A stretch of 64,000 nt of DNA from the NCBI GenBank assembly GCA_950097015.1, contig CATNEN010000038.1, forward strand, positions 31,868,001 through 31,932,000, written 5' to 3'. Below, piece after piece: positions 37,429 through 58,399 of this stretch. The position numbers and the translations under genes are program-made. Below the pieces are notes generated by a model. The model was not told where the DNA came from. It worked only from the letters and a program-made list of their open reading frames with translations, and did not search any database. Numbering within the stretch: position 1 is the first letter of the stretch; every line of letters starts with the position of its first letter. Source of the stretch: Macrostomum hystrix. Taxonomy: Eukaryota; Animalia; Platyhelminthes.

Positions 37429-40400
37429 TCAAGGTCGCGCGGTCTTCTCCATCTGGATGGCCTCTCTCGTGGCCCGCAGAGTTTCCAGCCGGAATTGCCG
37501 CCAATCCACGGCTGTCTGCAGCATCCGCCGGAACTCATCCTCGGTTGGGTAGCGGCTGACCTCCCTGGCCAGGCGTTGGCGCACCGTCTTCGGGCACTTC
37601 GCCAAGAAGTATCCCTTGTCAACCATCAGACACTCGGCACCGTTGCTGACCAGACTGAAGCGAGTCTGCGGCCCATGCAGCAGCTGCGACAGGCCGAATG
37701 CGTGGCCCTTCAGCAAAGTCTGGACCCGAACCAATTGACAGTGCGGCCAAGCGTCGGTTGGCTGACGCTTCAACTTGTAGGCGGCGTCGAAGTCGTCTTT
37801 AATTGTTCGAATGTACTCTTTGAAGCCGACGTTGGCTTCGACTTCATCAGCGCCTTCAGCAGTGACTTCGGGTGTATCTGTTGGCTGGTCAGTTCAGGGG
37901 TTTGGTTTTTAGGCACAGCAGGTCCACAATGTACATTCACCTCACTTGGAAATCTAAGCCCTTCTCACTCCGCAGTCAACACCCGCCTCATTTCACAGTC
38001 TATACCCGGCCGCCTCACTCCCAGTCTACATCAACCTCACTCCACAGTCTAAATCAACCTCATTCCAGAGTCTAAATCAACCTCACACCTCAGTCTAAAT
38101 CAAACTCACTCCACAGTCTAAATCAAACTCATTCCACAGTCTAAATCAAACTCACTCCACAGTCTAAATCAAACTCACTCCACAGTCTAAATCAAACTCA
38201 TTCCACAGTCTAAATCAAACTCACTCCACAGTCTAAATCAACCTCATTCCAGAGTCTAAATCAACCTCACTCCACAGTCTAAATCAAACTCATTCCACAG
38301 TCTACACCCGCCTCACTCCACAGTCTACACCCGCCTCACTCCACAGTCTACACCCGCCTCATTCCACAGTCTACACCCGCCTCACTCCACAGTCTACACC
38401 CGCCTCATTCCACAGTCTACACCCGCCTCACTCCACAGTCTACACCCGCCTCATTCCACAGTCTACACCCGCCTCACTCCACAGTCTACACCCGCCTCAT
38501 TCCACAGTCTACACCCGCCTCATTCCACAGTCTACACCCGCCTCACTCCACAGTCTACACCCACCCCACTCAGTCTAAACTCTAAAACAATCTACTAAAC
38601 TACAGTTTCTACTAACCTCGCTTCACAACCACCCACCCCACTCAGTTGTGTATGCTCCCTTGCTCTGGATTAAAAAAATAAAGCATTATTTACCTTGTTA
38701 ACCTGATTTTTCACTCTGTCTGGCTCTTCACTGTTTCTGCCCCGTAAATTCGGCTTTGTCAAAGGAAATCGCTTCACCACGGACAAGCTGCCAGACTTGA
38801 CAAAGTAGATCCAATCGGAATAGTTTGTGTCCCTGGCCAGTACTTCGTCATTTTTGTAATAATGAAAGTGCACGCTGGTCGAATCGCTGCGCGGTATCAA
38901 CAGATTTCTAGGAAATCCCTGCAGATAATCCAGCGAGTTCAAGAAGGCCTCAAAGTCGGGATCCAGTGCGCTTTTCTGACCGCTAGACATGAAAATCGCG
39001 TGATAGCTGTCAATGTCAATGCTGAGCAGTTCAACATTGTCTCGGCTGATGACGTAAGCCTGACGAATCGTTCGCTCGATGATGGCCAACTCGCCGAAGC
39101 TCTGTCCGCGGCTGAGATAGGCCACCGGTCTGGCGTAGCCCTGCTCACGGTCCATCAGCATCACCATGCAGGTGCCGGACAGGATGAAGTAGAAGCTGAG
39201 GGCCTTGTGGCCCTGTCGGATGATGATGCGCCGCGGCTCGTAGCTCTCGTACAGGCCGGCCTTGGCAACGGTAGGGGGCAATTTGGGATTTTACTATCGA
39301 GTACGGAGATTTATGGAATGGGATTTCTTTCGGGTAATATGGATTCATTATAGGGATAGAGGATTTCTCTTAAGGATAAGAGATTCATTTTTGGGGATTT
39401 AGGGATTTTTATTAGGGTATTGGGATTTCTATTAGAGAATTGGGATTTCTAATAGAGGATTTGGGGATTTCTATTGGGGAATTTGGATTGCTATTTGGAA
39501 ATGGGGATTTCTATTGGGGAACCGGAATTTATATTAGAGGATTTGGGGATTTCCATTAGAAGATTTCGGGATTACTATTAGCGGATTTGGGGATTTCTAT
39601 TATAAGATTTGGGGATTTCTATTAGAAGATTTGTGGATTTCTATTAGAGGATTTGGGGATTACTATTAGCGGATTTGGGGATTTCTATTAGGGAATAGGG
39701 ATTTCTATTGGTTTTAGGATATTCTTTTTAATATCGGAAGTTTTATATCCCAAAAACGAATTTATCACCGATAAATGGTGATTTTATTCGGTTTTGTTAA
39801 ATTTGTGCAGAATGTTCTGAATGTATTTCGGCATTTCACCTTAGCAACCTGAGCCTGCATCCGAACAGGATAATCAGCAATGGCCTTGTAGCTTCTCAGG
39901 TGCACCTGCGCTGTGAACAACTCGGCTGCGGTTCTCAAAGCCGGCTCCTTGCGCAGAATTTGAGCAACCTCAGTTGGCACCTTCGCTTGCCGATTGACTC
40001 TGTAGAGTGACAGGTCGAACAGTAGGTCAGTGGGCTCCGGCAGCAGCCGGAAGTCGTAGTGCCGGATGAACGGCCAAATCTCGTCGTCCTGACGATTGGC
40101 CAAGCTGAACTCGGCCCGGAGCCGGCCGCAGAGCAGCAGGAATCGAACCAGACTGCGCAGGCGGGGCCGGGACAGGCGCCTCGGCTGTTGCTGGCGTCGT
40201 TGCTGAGTGCGAGAATTCGGCAACCTGCGATTGGTTTGGTGGTCAAGAGTGCAGCCGACAGCACAGCCACAGCCACCAGCTAATGCTGGTACCCATTTAA
40301 CAGCTGGGTTAACTAAAGTAATTCATAGTTAAGTGTCCAAGTGTCTTAACTCTAAAAGGAAACTTTTTTTGTTCTATTGGATTCCGGATTCGAACCCCCG

Positions 40401-41745
40401 ACCTTCTAGTCGTAAGTCGTAAGAGTAAGAAATAATTAGTGATATTGAGTGTGGTGAGGGAGAGAGAAGGGGAGTGAGGGAGAGAGTAGGGGAGTGAGGG
40501 AGAGAGAAGGGGAGTGAGGAAGGCAGTAGGGGAGTGAGGGAGAGAGTAGGTGAGTGAGGGAGAGAGTAGGTGAGTGAGGGAGAGAGTAGGGGAGTGAGGG
40601 AGAGAGAAGGGGAGTGAGGGAGAGAGTAGGTGAGTGAGGGAGAGAGAAGGGGAGTGAGGGAGAGAGAAGGGGAGTGAGGGAGAGAGTAGGGGAGTGAGGG
40701 AGAGAGAAGGGGAGTGAGGGAGAGAGAAGGGGAGTGAGGGAGAGAGAAGGGGAGTGAGGGAGAGAGAAGGGGAGTGATGGAGAGAGTAGGTGAGTGAGGG
40801 AGAGAGTAGGTGAGTGAGGGAGAGAGTAGGTGAGTGAGGGAGAGAGTAGGGGAGTGAGGAAGGCAGTAGGGGAGTGAGGAAGGCAGTAGGGGAGTGAGGG
40901 AGAGAGTAGGAGAGTGAGGGAGAGAGTAGGGGAGTGAGGGAGAGAGTAGGGGAGTGAGGGAGAGAGTAGGGAGTGAGGGAGAGAGTAGGGAGTGAGGGAG
41001 AGAGTAGGGGAGTGAGGGAGAGAGTAGGGAGTGAGGGAGAGAGTAGGGGAGTGAGGGAGAGAGTAGGGGAGTGAGGGAGAGAGTAGGGGAGTGAGGGAGA
41101 GAGTAGGGGAGTGAGGAAGGCAGTAGGGGAGTGAGTAGGGGAGTGAGGGAGAGAGTAGGGGAGTGAGGGAGAGAGTAGGGGAGTGAGAGAGAGAGTAGGG
41201 GAGTGAGAGAGAGAGTAGGGGAGTGAGGGAGAGAGTAGGGGAGTGAGAGAGAGAGTAGGGGAGTGAGAGAGAGAGTAGGGGAGTGAGGGAGAGAGTAGGG
41301 GAGTGAGGGAGAGAGTAGGGGAGTGAGGGAGAGAGTAGGGGAGTGAGGGAGAGAGTAGGGGAGTGAGAGAGAGAGTAGGGGAGTGAGAGAGAGAGTAGGG
41401 GAGTGAGGGAGAGAGTAGGGGAGTGAGGGAGAGAGTAGGGGAGTGAGGGAGAGAGTAGGGGAGTGAGGGAGAGAGTAGGGGAGTGAGAGAGAGAGTAGGG
41501 GAGTGAGAGAGAGAGTAGGGGAGTGAGGGAGAGAGTAGGGGAGTGAGGGAGAGAGTAAGGGAGTGAGGGAGAGAGTAGGGGAGTGAGGGAGAGAGTAGGG
41601 GAGTGAGGGAGAGAGTAGGGGAGTGAGGGAGAGAGTAGGGGAGTGAGGGAGAGTAGGGGAGTGAAGGTTGGAGAGAAAGTGAGGGAAAGGCTAGGAAAAG
41701 TGCAAGGAGTACATGTTGTGATGAGACTTACATTATTGTCTCCAT
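37429..41745 (-). CDS. Cyclic nucleotide-binding domain-containing protein (CNBD2-like), 4 exons
   Basis: Exons 41745-41732 (ATGGAGACAATAAT|GTAAGT), 40224-39840, 39260-38694 (YESYEPRRIIIRQGH...FYFILSG...GQSFGELAI...RQA) and ~37884-37429 (VQTLLKGHAFGL...SLVSNGAECL). Phases are consistent; the last acceptor is tentative. Confidence 0.78.
37960..38580. repeat. 23-bp minisatellite (TCTAAATCAAACTCACTCCACAG then TCTACACCCGCCTCACTCCACAG)n in CNBD intron 3
   Basis: Period 23; two variant blocks. Confidence 0.92.
39285..39720. repeat. Degenerate ~22-bp minisatellite (GGGGATTTCTATTAGAGGATTT)n in CNBD intron 2
   Basis: Diverged tandem copies. Confidence 0.8.
40283..40420 (-). mobile_element. Remnant of a second tRNA-derived SINE
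   Basis: Minus strand: GACTAGAAGGTCGGGGGTTCGAATCC (tRNA T-arm/B-box), then GACACTTAACT...ACCCAGCTGTTAAATGGGTACC, which resembles conserved central domains of widespread metazoan SINEs (from memory). Confidence 0.45.
40452..41663. repeat. 20-bp minisatellite (GGGGAGTGAGGGAGAGAGTA)n in CNBD intron 1
   Basis: Period 20. Confidence 0.95.
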
Positions 41746-42354
41746 ATTGACGATGTCAGCGCCACAAATTATGTATTTTTAACTGACCCCAGCGAACTAG
41801 ACCGCAAGATAGGAATTCACATGCAGAAAACTGTTTGATAAAGTTTGATATGCATTAATATCAACTCCTTTACTGTTAAGGCCATAGTTACGTCGAGTGG
41901 ATTTCAGCAGCAATAATCTATTTAGAGACAGCTCAGAATGGCTAAGAGACCAGCTTGTGTGCGGCAGCCGAAACTAAATATGCAAATATGCTAATTAAAC
42001 AAGCGGCTATCAAAAGCAAGCAGGCTTTGAGCAGTCGGATTTTACAGCCTCGACTAACAAAGCCAACTCTAGGAAAGCGGCTTTAGTTGACACAGCTGCA
42101 GCGGCCGCCTACTCAAGGCTGTGAATGCGATCTGCGTGCGTTATCTTTGTGTTTCTGCAGTTTCCTAGAAGCCAATAAGAACAAGTGCACATACTCACAG
42201 GTTCAATGCGTACACACACCACCAGTCCTTAGCATTGCTGCTTGTATTAATTATCCCAGACAAGAAATAGCCTTAATAGCCATAACAATGTGTGACTAAA
42301 CTATGTGCCTTGCACAATTTACTAAGCCTAAAAATATATTGCCTTGAACTGATA

Positions 42355-43670
42355 ATAATAGATTGCATAATCCTTAAAAATAGATTGCATAATCCTAATA
42401 ATCGATTGCCTAATCCTAATAATCGATTGCCTAATCCTAATAATCGATTGTCTAATCCTAATAATCGATTGCCTAATCCTAATAATCGATTGTCTAATCC
42501 TAATAATCGATTGCCTAATCCTAATAATCGATTGACTAATCCTAATAATCGACTGTCTAATCCTAATAATCGACTGCCTAATCCTAATAATCGATTGCCA
42601 AAACTTAAAAATTTATTGACTAATCCTTATAACCGATTGCCATAATTGCCTAAACCTAATTATCAATTGCCTAATCCTAATAATCGATTGCCTAATCCTA
42701 ACAATCGATAGCCTAATCCTAATAATCGACTGCCTAATCCTAATAATCGACTGCCTAATCCTAACAATCGATAGCCTAATCCTAATAATCGACTGCCAAA
42801 ACTTAAAAATTTATTGACTAATCCTTATAACCGATTGCCATAATTGCCTAAACCTAATTATCAATTGCCTAATCCTAATAATCGATTGCCTAATCCTAAC
42901 AATCGATAGCCTAATCCTAATAATCGACTGCCTAATCCTAATAATCGACTGCCTAATCCTAACAATCGATAGCCTAATCCTAATAATCGACTGCCTAATC
43001 CTAATAATCGATTGCCTAATCCTAATAATCGATTGCCTAATCCTAATAATCGATTGCCTAATCCTAATAATCGATTGACTAATCCTAATAATCGACTGCC
43101 TAATCCTAATAATCGATTGCCTAATCCTAATAATCGATTGCCTAATCCTAATAATCGATTGCCTAATCCTAATTATCGACTGCCTAATCCTAATAATCGA
43201 TTGACTAATCCTAATAATCGACTGCCTAACCCTAATAATCGATTGCCTAATCCTAATAATCGATTGTCTAATCCTAATAATCGATTGCCTAATCCTAAAA
43301 ATAGATTGCCTAATCCTAAAAATCGATTGCCTAATCCTAATAATCGATTGCCTAATCCTAAAAATTGATTGCCTTATCCTAAAAATCGATTGCCTAATCC
43401 TATTAATCGATTGCCTAATCCTAATAATTGATTGCCTTATCCTAATAATCGATTGCCTAATCCTAATAATCGATTGCCTAATCCTAATAATCGATTGACT
43501 AATCCTAATAATCGACTGCCTAATCCTAATAATCGATTGCCTAATCCTAATAATCGATTGACTAATCCTAATAATCAATTGCCTAATCTTAATAATCGAT
43601 TGCCTAATCCTAATAATCGATTGCCTTATCCTAAAAATCGATTGCCTAATCCTAATAATCAATTGCATAA
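42355..43670. repeat. 21-bp minisatellite (CCTAATCCTAATAATCGATTG)n
   Basis: Period 21; an interrupting block is duplicated at a 198-bp offset (42598 and 42796). Confidence 0.95.
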
Positions 43671-44234
43671 TTGTAAGAATTTATCGCCAGTAGAATTCAA
43701 CAGCAGAATTAGAAAGACAAGTAAAGAAGAAAGTCAAGTCAATTAATTTTCGAGTAGGGAATTGCATTAACGAATAATGAATGAACTGAGGATACCACGA
43801 AGCCGCAATGGGCCCTAGCAACCATCAGTACATGTGCAAGTGTATATATAGTTCGCATATGCGTTTTGTGTCGCTCTAAAGCAGTTTCATCAAATCAGTT
43901 TTTTAAGTACATTGTAATTGCGACGGACTGTGCCATTGCTATGCACATTACCAATTCTCGATTCTTGAAAATTTGATTTAGACAAATGTACCACAGACAA
44001 CATGCTAATGCTGATGTTAATGTACAAGTTAATATAGGACAGACAAATGGAGCCAAATTATCATTAGTTTATATTATATATAGTAGTAAAATACACAAAT
44101 GTGCATATAGAATACGTAAATAACAATGAACCGAAGATGAACTTAAACTGATTCAAGACTGAATTAAGGGAGGTAAGGACAGGAGACACTAGCTAAATTG
44201 AGTTAAAGTCAAGGATACAGAGTTAGAAAATAAC

Positions 44235-44500
44235 TCTGGGAAAATATCCCCTTACTAACATAAAAATCTCCCATGCTAAAAGGAAATCTCCTAATAACAG
44301 GAAATCTTCCATTGCAACACTAAAATCTCCCTTTACAATATGAAAATATCCCAGTAATAGGAAATCTCCCATTTTGCTAAAAGGAAATCTCCCACTACAG
44401 CAGGAAAATCTCCCATTTTAACAAAAAGTCTCCTACGGTAAAAAGAAATCTCGCATTACAAGAGGAAAATCTCCCATGCTAAAAGGAAATCTCCCAGTTA
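44235..44500. repeat. Degenerate tandem repeat (GGAAATCTCCCA core)
   Basis: About 10 diverged copies of AAATCTCCC. Confidence 0.6.
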
Positions 44501-44865
44501 AATTTTGCGGCAAACATACAGCTACAGATTTGAGCTCATTAGTTGAGTTTAAACGACACATCAAATCTAAAAGGTGCTCCGGATAAGGTATTTAGGTGAA
44601 CTGAATGGTGAAATGAAAACATACAAAAGTATAAGCAGATAGTCACAGACTGGTCAAGCAGTGTCGGATAACATTGTCCATGCCTAATTATCGAAGCGAC
44701 AAAAGCGAAATACTCGTAACAAATCATTTAACTTAGACTGCGGCCGGCTAAGGGAAAGTTACTAATCTCTTCTGATTGCTAACAATAGCAAGCTACTTCA
44801 GTTTTCTTTCTTTGCGCTCCCATAAGTTATTTGAAGGCTCGCGAATGTTAGCCCAGGTCAGAGAG

Positions 44866-53464
<8,599 letters not shown>

Positions 53465-55364
53465 CTGTCACAGCCTGGCACCTGGATGATCTACTTTTTA
53501 ATTTATAATTCGCAGCGAATGTTTCAGCTTGAATGCTTGACGATCCGTCCGGTAATGACTGACTTATGGCAGACGAAGTAGATGAAAATGAAAATGCTAG
53601 ACTTCTTTCAAAGGCTGCGTGCTATGCATGGAATGCGTTTTTGGTCTCCAGTTCGATTATATTGATTGGCGGCAGAGCTACGGCAGACTTAGAGGTGCCT
53701 GGACAAATGTTTCCAGGGTTGTCTTAGCGAATCTGGTCCAGCTCAGACAGGCCCAAGTCTCAGCTTTCGCGTAGGCCACTCTCTCTCTCTCGCCGTCCTC
53801 TTTATTTTAGCTGGCTTCTGGGAGAAAATTTATAAGCCGTCAGTCAGTAGAGAAAGAAAGCACAATGGTTCTTTTAGCTTGAAGGTCGGAATTTCCGATC
53901 TCCCCCAAGTCCCAAAAGTTGGTCGCGCTTTGGTTAAAAAATGAGAGCAGAGAATGGAGAAAGATAGGAGAGAGCCTCTTGGAGGGCTCGGATTGGAAGA
54001 AGGGAAAAGCCTTAGCGCATTTCCACGCAAGCAGCGCCCACCCCCGACGCCAAAAATTTTATCACAGTCTGAGAGAGGGAGGGTTAGAAAAGGGTGAGGG
54101 CAGCAGGGGTACAATGACTAAGCCTGGGTGGGCCGATTGCCCTGGCCTAGACTGTTTAAAGGAGGGTTGGCGTTTGGTTGGGCTTCCCCAGGCAGTCACG
54201 TGATCAATTGGCACGCTCTCATTGGCCAACGATGGAGATGCCCTTCCACTGTAGAGAGAGCTATTTCCACCCGCTTGATGCGTGATAGACCCAACACACA
54301 GGGCCTTGGTGTAGGGTGTAGTGTAGACGGTCGACGGAGAGACAGGCTTTGATCACCATTGTACGTGTAGGCCGGTGTTTTTGGTAAAGCGAAGTGAGAG
54401 AGTTTGTGTGGGCAGTCCAGTGACCCGATCCAGAGTCCAGACAAGCAAGAACCCTAAGCGTCGACTGGCAAAGTGGGAGGGTGAGGGTGCACCGCAATTT
54501 GGGGTGGTGGTAACTGCCAATGGAAAGTATGGCATAACTGCAGACTAAAATTAATATTAAAAGGCAAACAGCTTAGATGATTAAAAAACATTCATTACTT
54601 GCTATTGGACAATAACTGTTCACACGCAGGCAATGTGTGTGAACACAATGCTGCTAGCAGTGTTTATTTTGTATCCATGCGAAAGAAGATCTAATAAAAA
54701 ATGTAAATAACAATGTGGAAGCAGCTATTAAAGAAAAATAAAGTAACCAAATTCAGTGAAGGATGGAAAGATTCGGGGAAGATTAACGAAAAAACCACAA
54801 ATAGAACGCTATCTGGGTTCTGGAACTGAAACTTCTAGAATGGGAAGACCTGGTTAAGGGAGATCCAGACGAGAAGAGTGTCGAATTTCTAGTTTATAGA
54901 ATTCCAGCCAATCGTGTAGTAGGACTAAGATCCAGCATTCTAGTTGAAGAAGGGGTGGTTTGAGGTGGTGAACATCGGAAAGAGCATTTCAAGGTCAAGA
55001 CCTAGACACCGATTTCTGAATCTAAACCTCGAGGCTAAGAGACTGAGGCTGACTATAAACTGTAAGGATTGAACGAAATTTGTAACTATTTTGTAAGGAG
55101 CGGTATAATACTTGTCTGGCTGCAACACTAGCATCAACATTTTAAATTCCAGCAACTGGGACAAAATATAGCGGAAATAATCTTCCACTAAACAAAGCGA
55201 TTTTACACAGAAACCATTACACTGTACTGTATGAAGTCTGAGATTTGGATTGATTCCATAAAAGCGAGTGGTCCAACCTACAAGTGCCTAGCCGATTATT
55301 TTCCATATAGGAAAACATGTCCTAAATTCAGGATTTGATTTCTAAGTATAGAAGGTGTTTTCTA

Positions 55365-56975
55365 GGTTTACACAGGGGGTCTCTGGGTTTCTACAGGGTC
55401 TCTGGGTTTAGACAGGGTCTCTGGGTTTCTACAGGGTCTCTGGGTTTCTACAGGGTCTCTGGGTTTCTACAGGGTCTCTGGGTTTCTACAGGGGTCTCTG
55501 GGTTTCTACGGGGTCTCTGGGTTTAGACAGGGTCTCTGGGTTTCTACAGGGTCTCTGGGTTTCTACAGGGTCTCTGGGTTTCTACAGGGTCTCTGGGTTT
55601 AGACAGGGTCTCTGGGTTTAGACAGGGTCTCTGGGTTTCTACAGGGTCTCTGGGTTTCTACAGGGTCTCTGGGTTTCTACAGGGTCTCTGGGTTTCTACA
55701 GGGTCTCTGGGTTTCTACAGGGTCTCTGGGTTTCTACAGGGGTCTCTGGGTTTCTACGGGGTCTCTGGGTTTAGACAGGGTCTCTGGGTTTCTACAGGGT
55801 CTCTGGGTTTCTACAGGGTCTCTGGGTTTAGACAGGGTCTCTGGGTTTCTACAGGGTCTCTGGGTTTAGACAGGGTCTCTGGGTTTAGACAGGGTCTCTG
55901 GGCTTCTACAGGGTCTCTGGGTTTCTACAGGGTCTCTGGGTTTCTACAGGGTCTCTGGGTTTCTACAGGGTCTCTGGGTTTCTACAGGGTCTCTGGGTTT
56001 CTACAGGGTCTCTGGGTTTCTACAGGGGTCTCTGGGTTTCTACGGGGTCTCTGGGTTTAGACAGGGTCTCTGGGTTTCTACAGGGTCTCTGGGTTTCTAC
56101 AGGGTCTCTGGGTTTAGACAGGGTCTCTGGGTTTCTACAGGGTCTCTGGGTTTCTACAGGGTCTCTGGGTTTCTACAGGGTCTCTGGGTTTAGACAGGGT
56201 CTCTGGGTTTCTACAGGGTCTCTGGGTTTAGACAGGGTCTCTGGGTTTAGACAGGGTCTCTGGGTTTCTACAGGGTCTCTGGGTTTCTACAGGGGTAACT
56301 GGGTTTCTACAGGGTCTCTGGGTTTCTACAGGGTCTCTGGGTTTCTACAGGGTCTCTGGGTTTCTACAGGGTCTCTGGGTTTCTACAGGGTCTCTGGGTT
56401 TCTACAGGGTCTCTGGGTTTCTACAGGGTCTCTGGGTTTAGACAGGGGTATCTGGGTTTCTACAGGGTCTCTGGGTTTAGACAGGGTCTCTGGGTTTCTA
56501 CAGGGTCTCTGGGTTTCTACAGGGTCTCTGGGTTTAGACAGGGGTATCTGGGTTTCTACAGGGTCTCTGGGTTTCTACAGGGTCTCTGGGTTTCTACAGG
56601 GTCTCTGGGTTTCTACAGGGTCTCTGGGTTTCTACAGGGTCTCTGGGTTTCTACAGGGTCTCTGGGTTTCTACAGGGTCTCTGGGTTTCTACAGGGTCTC
56701 TGGGTTTCTACAGGGTCTCTGGGTTTCTACAGGGTCTCTGGGTTTCTACAAGGGTCTCTGGGTTTCTACAGGGTCTCTGGGTTTAGACAGGGTCTCTGGG
56801 TTTAGACAGGGTCTCTGGGTTTAGACAGGGTCTCTGGGTTTAGACAGGGTCTCTGGGTTTAGACAGGGTCTCTGGGTTTCTACGGGTCTCTGGGTTTCTA
56901 CGGGTCTCTGGGTTTCTACAGGGTCTCTGGGTTTCTACAGGGTCTCTGGGTTTAGACAGGGGGTATCTGGGTTGA
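55365..56975. repeat. 19-bp minisatellite (ACAGGGTCTCTGGGTTTCT)n
   Basis: Period 19. Confidence 0.96.
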
Positions 56976-57492
56976 GTTTAGACTGGGGTTTCTGGGTTCT
57001 GGGAGTTTACTGGGAGGTTATTATTATAAAGCAACGTTAACAAAGGCATTTTTCAATAGGCCTTTGTTACTATGGCCGCATGAGCACGAACATACTACTT
57101 CTTCTTGGGTACAGCTCCAGCACGTAAAAGGCGGCTGCCCCTTGAACCAGCGCCTTTCCTGTGCGCAATTGCAAACAAAGCGCTTTTTTCTGCGTCATTC
57201 CACTCTCTAATAATCAATGCGTCCTATATCTCTTCTCTGGCCATTTAGTTCAGTCCATAATCCACCATATGCTTTGTTTCTTTTCCATAGCACAAGTTTC
57301 GTACTGCAAGGGTAATATGTGCTTTTTAATTAACAAATATTTGACTCATTAAAGTCGTTGATCATTAACGCTTATAAAGAAATAACTAAGGACAATAAAT
57401 ACCTGGGGACACTAGAATAAGAAATCCCCCAGGAGTCTCTGGGTCGCTTACACTGTGTATATATAGCCAACTCAACGGACCCAGTAATGACA

Positions 57493-57565
57493 GTCCAAGT
57501 GGCCTAATGGATAAGGCGTCGGTTTCCGGAGCCGAAGATTGTGGGTTCGAGTCCCATCTTGGACA
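57493..57565 (+). tRNA. tRNA-Arg(CCG)
   Basis: 73 nt; acceptor stem GTCCAAG/CTTGGAC, D-arm TGGCCTAATGGATAAGGC, anticodon arm TCGGT-TTCCGGA-GCCGA, T-loop GGTTCGAGTCC; TTTTT Pol III terminator ~8 nt downstream. Confidence 0.93.
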
Positions 57566-58399
57566 GGGTACATTTTTATCATTTTAGTGCAGTATAAAAA
57601 TGTATTAATAAAGCTCTAAATTTATTGAATAACTAGTGAAGAATTGCCCTAAATATATTGATTGAATCGACGAGACATATTTTGTAGATAATCGAATCGC
57701 AGCACACTCGCTACCCCTAAGTACGTTGAATCGGTTCGATTGTTACATTTTTCGATACATATCGGCAATGTAGCGCAGTGCAAATGGCAGTTCGTGCAGC
57801 TCAAAAATAGAAGTATTTGAAGTGCAGGTCGCACTTTGTATGACATATTTCGATAATTGAAATTAAGAGAATATAAATAATCTAACTTGTCGACTGTAAG
57901 TACAAAATAAACCAAATTCACAATGAAACAAAAAGAATGCTTCAGTAATAGCTAGTTTATTAAAGACTTATTACAACTTCATATATATTCATGATATTTA
58001 CATGAAGCAAACGAAATAATGATTAGGCCTAACTGAAATAGTTTATTAATAACGCAAAACTCAATTTGTTGATAGAAAGAAGCACTCCGTTGGAATCAAT
58101 GGACTTGTTTCATACAGATATATTCTCTCGCAGAATTAATAAAACAACAGTAGACAGCCCCCACAATGCTTCTAAACGGTTAATAACATCTTTTTAAACA
58201 GAAATCAGTCAACTAAATCATACGGGGTTAAAAAAAGCAGCGGAGACAGTCGCTTAAAACAGTATGACAAACTAAAGAAAAAATATAGCCTTATTTATAC
58301 ACCTGCACAGGGAGTCTCAGCCAATGAGTGTCAACTTTCACTTATTAGATGAAAGAGAAATGCCTTCATGACCAGCTGACAGACGGATACGTAGATAAA

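Noticed and set aside
33699-38052. Plus-strand ORFs of 209 and 231 aa
   Set aside because: Antisense shadows of GC-rich minus-strand exons.
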